From contig OZ024740.1 of the NCBI GenBank assembly GCA_964016885.1, positions 300,576,001 to 300,640,000 of the forward strand: DNA of 64,000 nucleotides. The letters run 5' to 3'. Position numbers and translations under genes: made by a program. This document shows, in pieces, positions 62,218 through 64,000 of the stretch. This DNA is from Eledone cirrhosa. Its lineage: Eukaryota. The notes beneath the pieces were generated by a model. The model had not been told where the DNA came from. It saw only the letters and a program-made list of their open reading frames with translations, and made no database searches. Position 1 is the stretch's first letter. Each line of letters starts with the position of its first letter.

Positions 62218-64000
62218 ATGCAAATCAAGGTTTATCTTCCTATCTCTACTAAGAACATACCAATACCATCCAGAGATGCATACGAAAAAGTATTGATTAA
62301 CAGTGTCAACTCTTTTGTCAATAGAGTGAGATGGAGGACATTCCATGACGATAGAAACAAATCAGACAAAAACAGAGATGGAAACAATTTCGACTCTTAC
62401 GGCTTTAAACTCTCTCGAAAATGATCTAATAAAACTAGTTAAGAACAGAAAAAACAAAAACATCATAATAGAAACAATACCTTCTTAAACAACCTTAACT
62501 ACACTATTAAAGTATTTAATAAAAATAAAAATATTCTTGTACATGCAGATAAAACTAACAATATATATAGCCTGGATTACGATACATATAGAAAATTTAT
62601 ATATAAAGAACTACATAGGAGCTATAAGAAAACAACTATTAAAAACCTATAGGATATAAATATAGAAGTATAGTGTGTAAATTACGACTTTAGAGACATA
62701 CACAGCCATACACCCCTAACCATCAAAGATTCTCTCTGAAAGACCATAAGGAAGACTTTAATAGTAACCCTTCTATAAGACTAATTTGCCCTTCCAAATC
62801 TGACATTGGAATTATCAGCAATAAAATATTAGATAGAATCATCCCACAATTTAAGCATAAAATATATCTTAACTAGTGGGGAAATACTGGTGAAGTTATT
62901 GAATGGTTCAATAATATTAAAGAGAATAAAAAAAAAAAAAAATATACAATTTGATATTAATTCATACTACACTTCTATTCCCCTATCCTATTAAATAAGG
63001 TATTAATTATGGCTATCAACAATAGTGACCTTACTAGATCCCAAATTGATGTCATCCTTGCGGCCCGAAAAACCATAATTACATTTGAAGATCAATTATG
63101 GACATGCAATGATACACATAACAACTTTGGGGTCTAGTGACTCGGCACAGGTCACCAATTTGGTCTCTTAAATGAAATTCATAGGAATCTACCCTACCTC
63201 GATGGCGGTTTATACCGCGATGATGCACTACTTCTTATTGACTATAGAAAATTTAATATAGAAAGAACTAGGAAACAAGTACATAACATTTTCCAAAAAT
63301 TCAACTTGGGTATCACCTTAGATAAAAACACTACAAACATTAACTCCCTTGATGTTACCCTTTACCTGAACTCTAAAATATGTACACCCTTTCATAAACG
63401 AAACGAAAAACTACTTTATGTAGATATCAACGCTAACCACCCTAAAACTATATTAAACTCAATTACTAAAGGAATATCAAATAGAATCTCTAATCTATCA
63501 TATAACGAAACCAGATTTAACAATAATTCCCAATACTATAATGAGGCCTGAGCTAAATCAGGACATAAAAAGGAGATTATATTTCTACCTGTAAAATCAC
63601 CTAGTTACAACATTATTTCTCACAACATGTCCATGAGGAAAAATAATAAAAGACCTAGTCACTCTAATTCTAAAACAAAGGGTCATATCAAACTTAACTC
63701 GCACCAGTCTAAACACCACAATAATAATATATACAGAAATATAACTAATACCTCAAGGAACATTACAAAAAACAAAAATAGAAGAATACCTAATACTTTC
63801 TTCACCCCCCCCCCCTCAATCTAAACGTCTCTATCAACGTACCGAAGGCTTTTTTTTTTAATCATGGAAAAAACCTCCCAGCCGGCCACAAATACCATAA
63901 TCTTATCAATAAAAATACCATTAAAATCTCTTACTCTACCTCACCTAACATCGCATACGATATAGCTAGTAGTAATAAAAGGGAGAATAATAATTATTTC
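62218..64000 (+). mobile_element. Decayed Naiad-like PLE (RT region), running off the window end
   Basis: STKNIPIP..FVNRVRWR, ADKTNNIY, LKDHKEDFNSNPSIRLICPSKSDIG, QFDINSYYTSI, GGLYRDD, NHP, FFTPP, NKNTIKISYS; several stops and frameshifts. Confidence 0.85.

Overview
This is AT-rich, microsatellite-dense eukaryotic DNA made almost entirely of nested transposable elements. The SINE resembles octopus tRNA-derived SINEs, so an octopod cephalopod is inferred from recall, not from a search. LINEs: a decayed R4/Dong element (RT plus restriction-like endonuclease), several decayed Tx1-clade copies, and a near-intact RTE (one frameshift, three C-terminal C2H2 fingers) with a 400-bp non-autonomous derivative. 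There are also eight copies of one tRNA-derived SINE, a decayed autonomous Helitron with two non-autonomous Helitrons, and three lineages of Penelope-like elements (PLEs): Neptune-like, Naiad-like and an unassigned GIY-YIG lineage. The strongest signal is a set of minimal type-I hammerhead ribozyme motifs in PLE ends. One family, found in near-identical head-to-head palindromic insertions in (TA)n tracts, carries a non-canonical core (UUGAAAA...GCAA, i.e. a compensatory U3-A8 pair plus A13C). The SINE shares a 3' tail motif with the Tx1 LINE. A promoter and first-exon signature at about 50.8-51.0 kb suggests most of the window may be intron of a minus-strand host gene. No rRNA, tRNA gene, CRISPR array or confidently identified host CDS was found. 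All alignments were done by eye, so TE boundaries are approximate.
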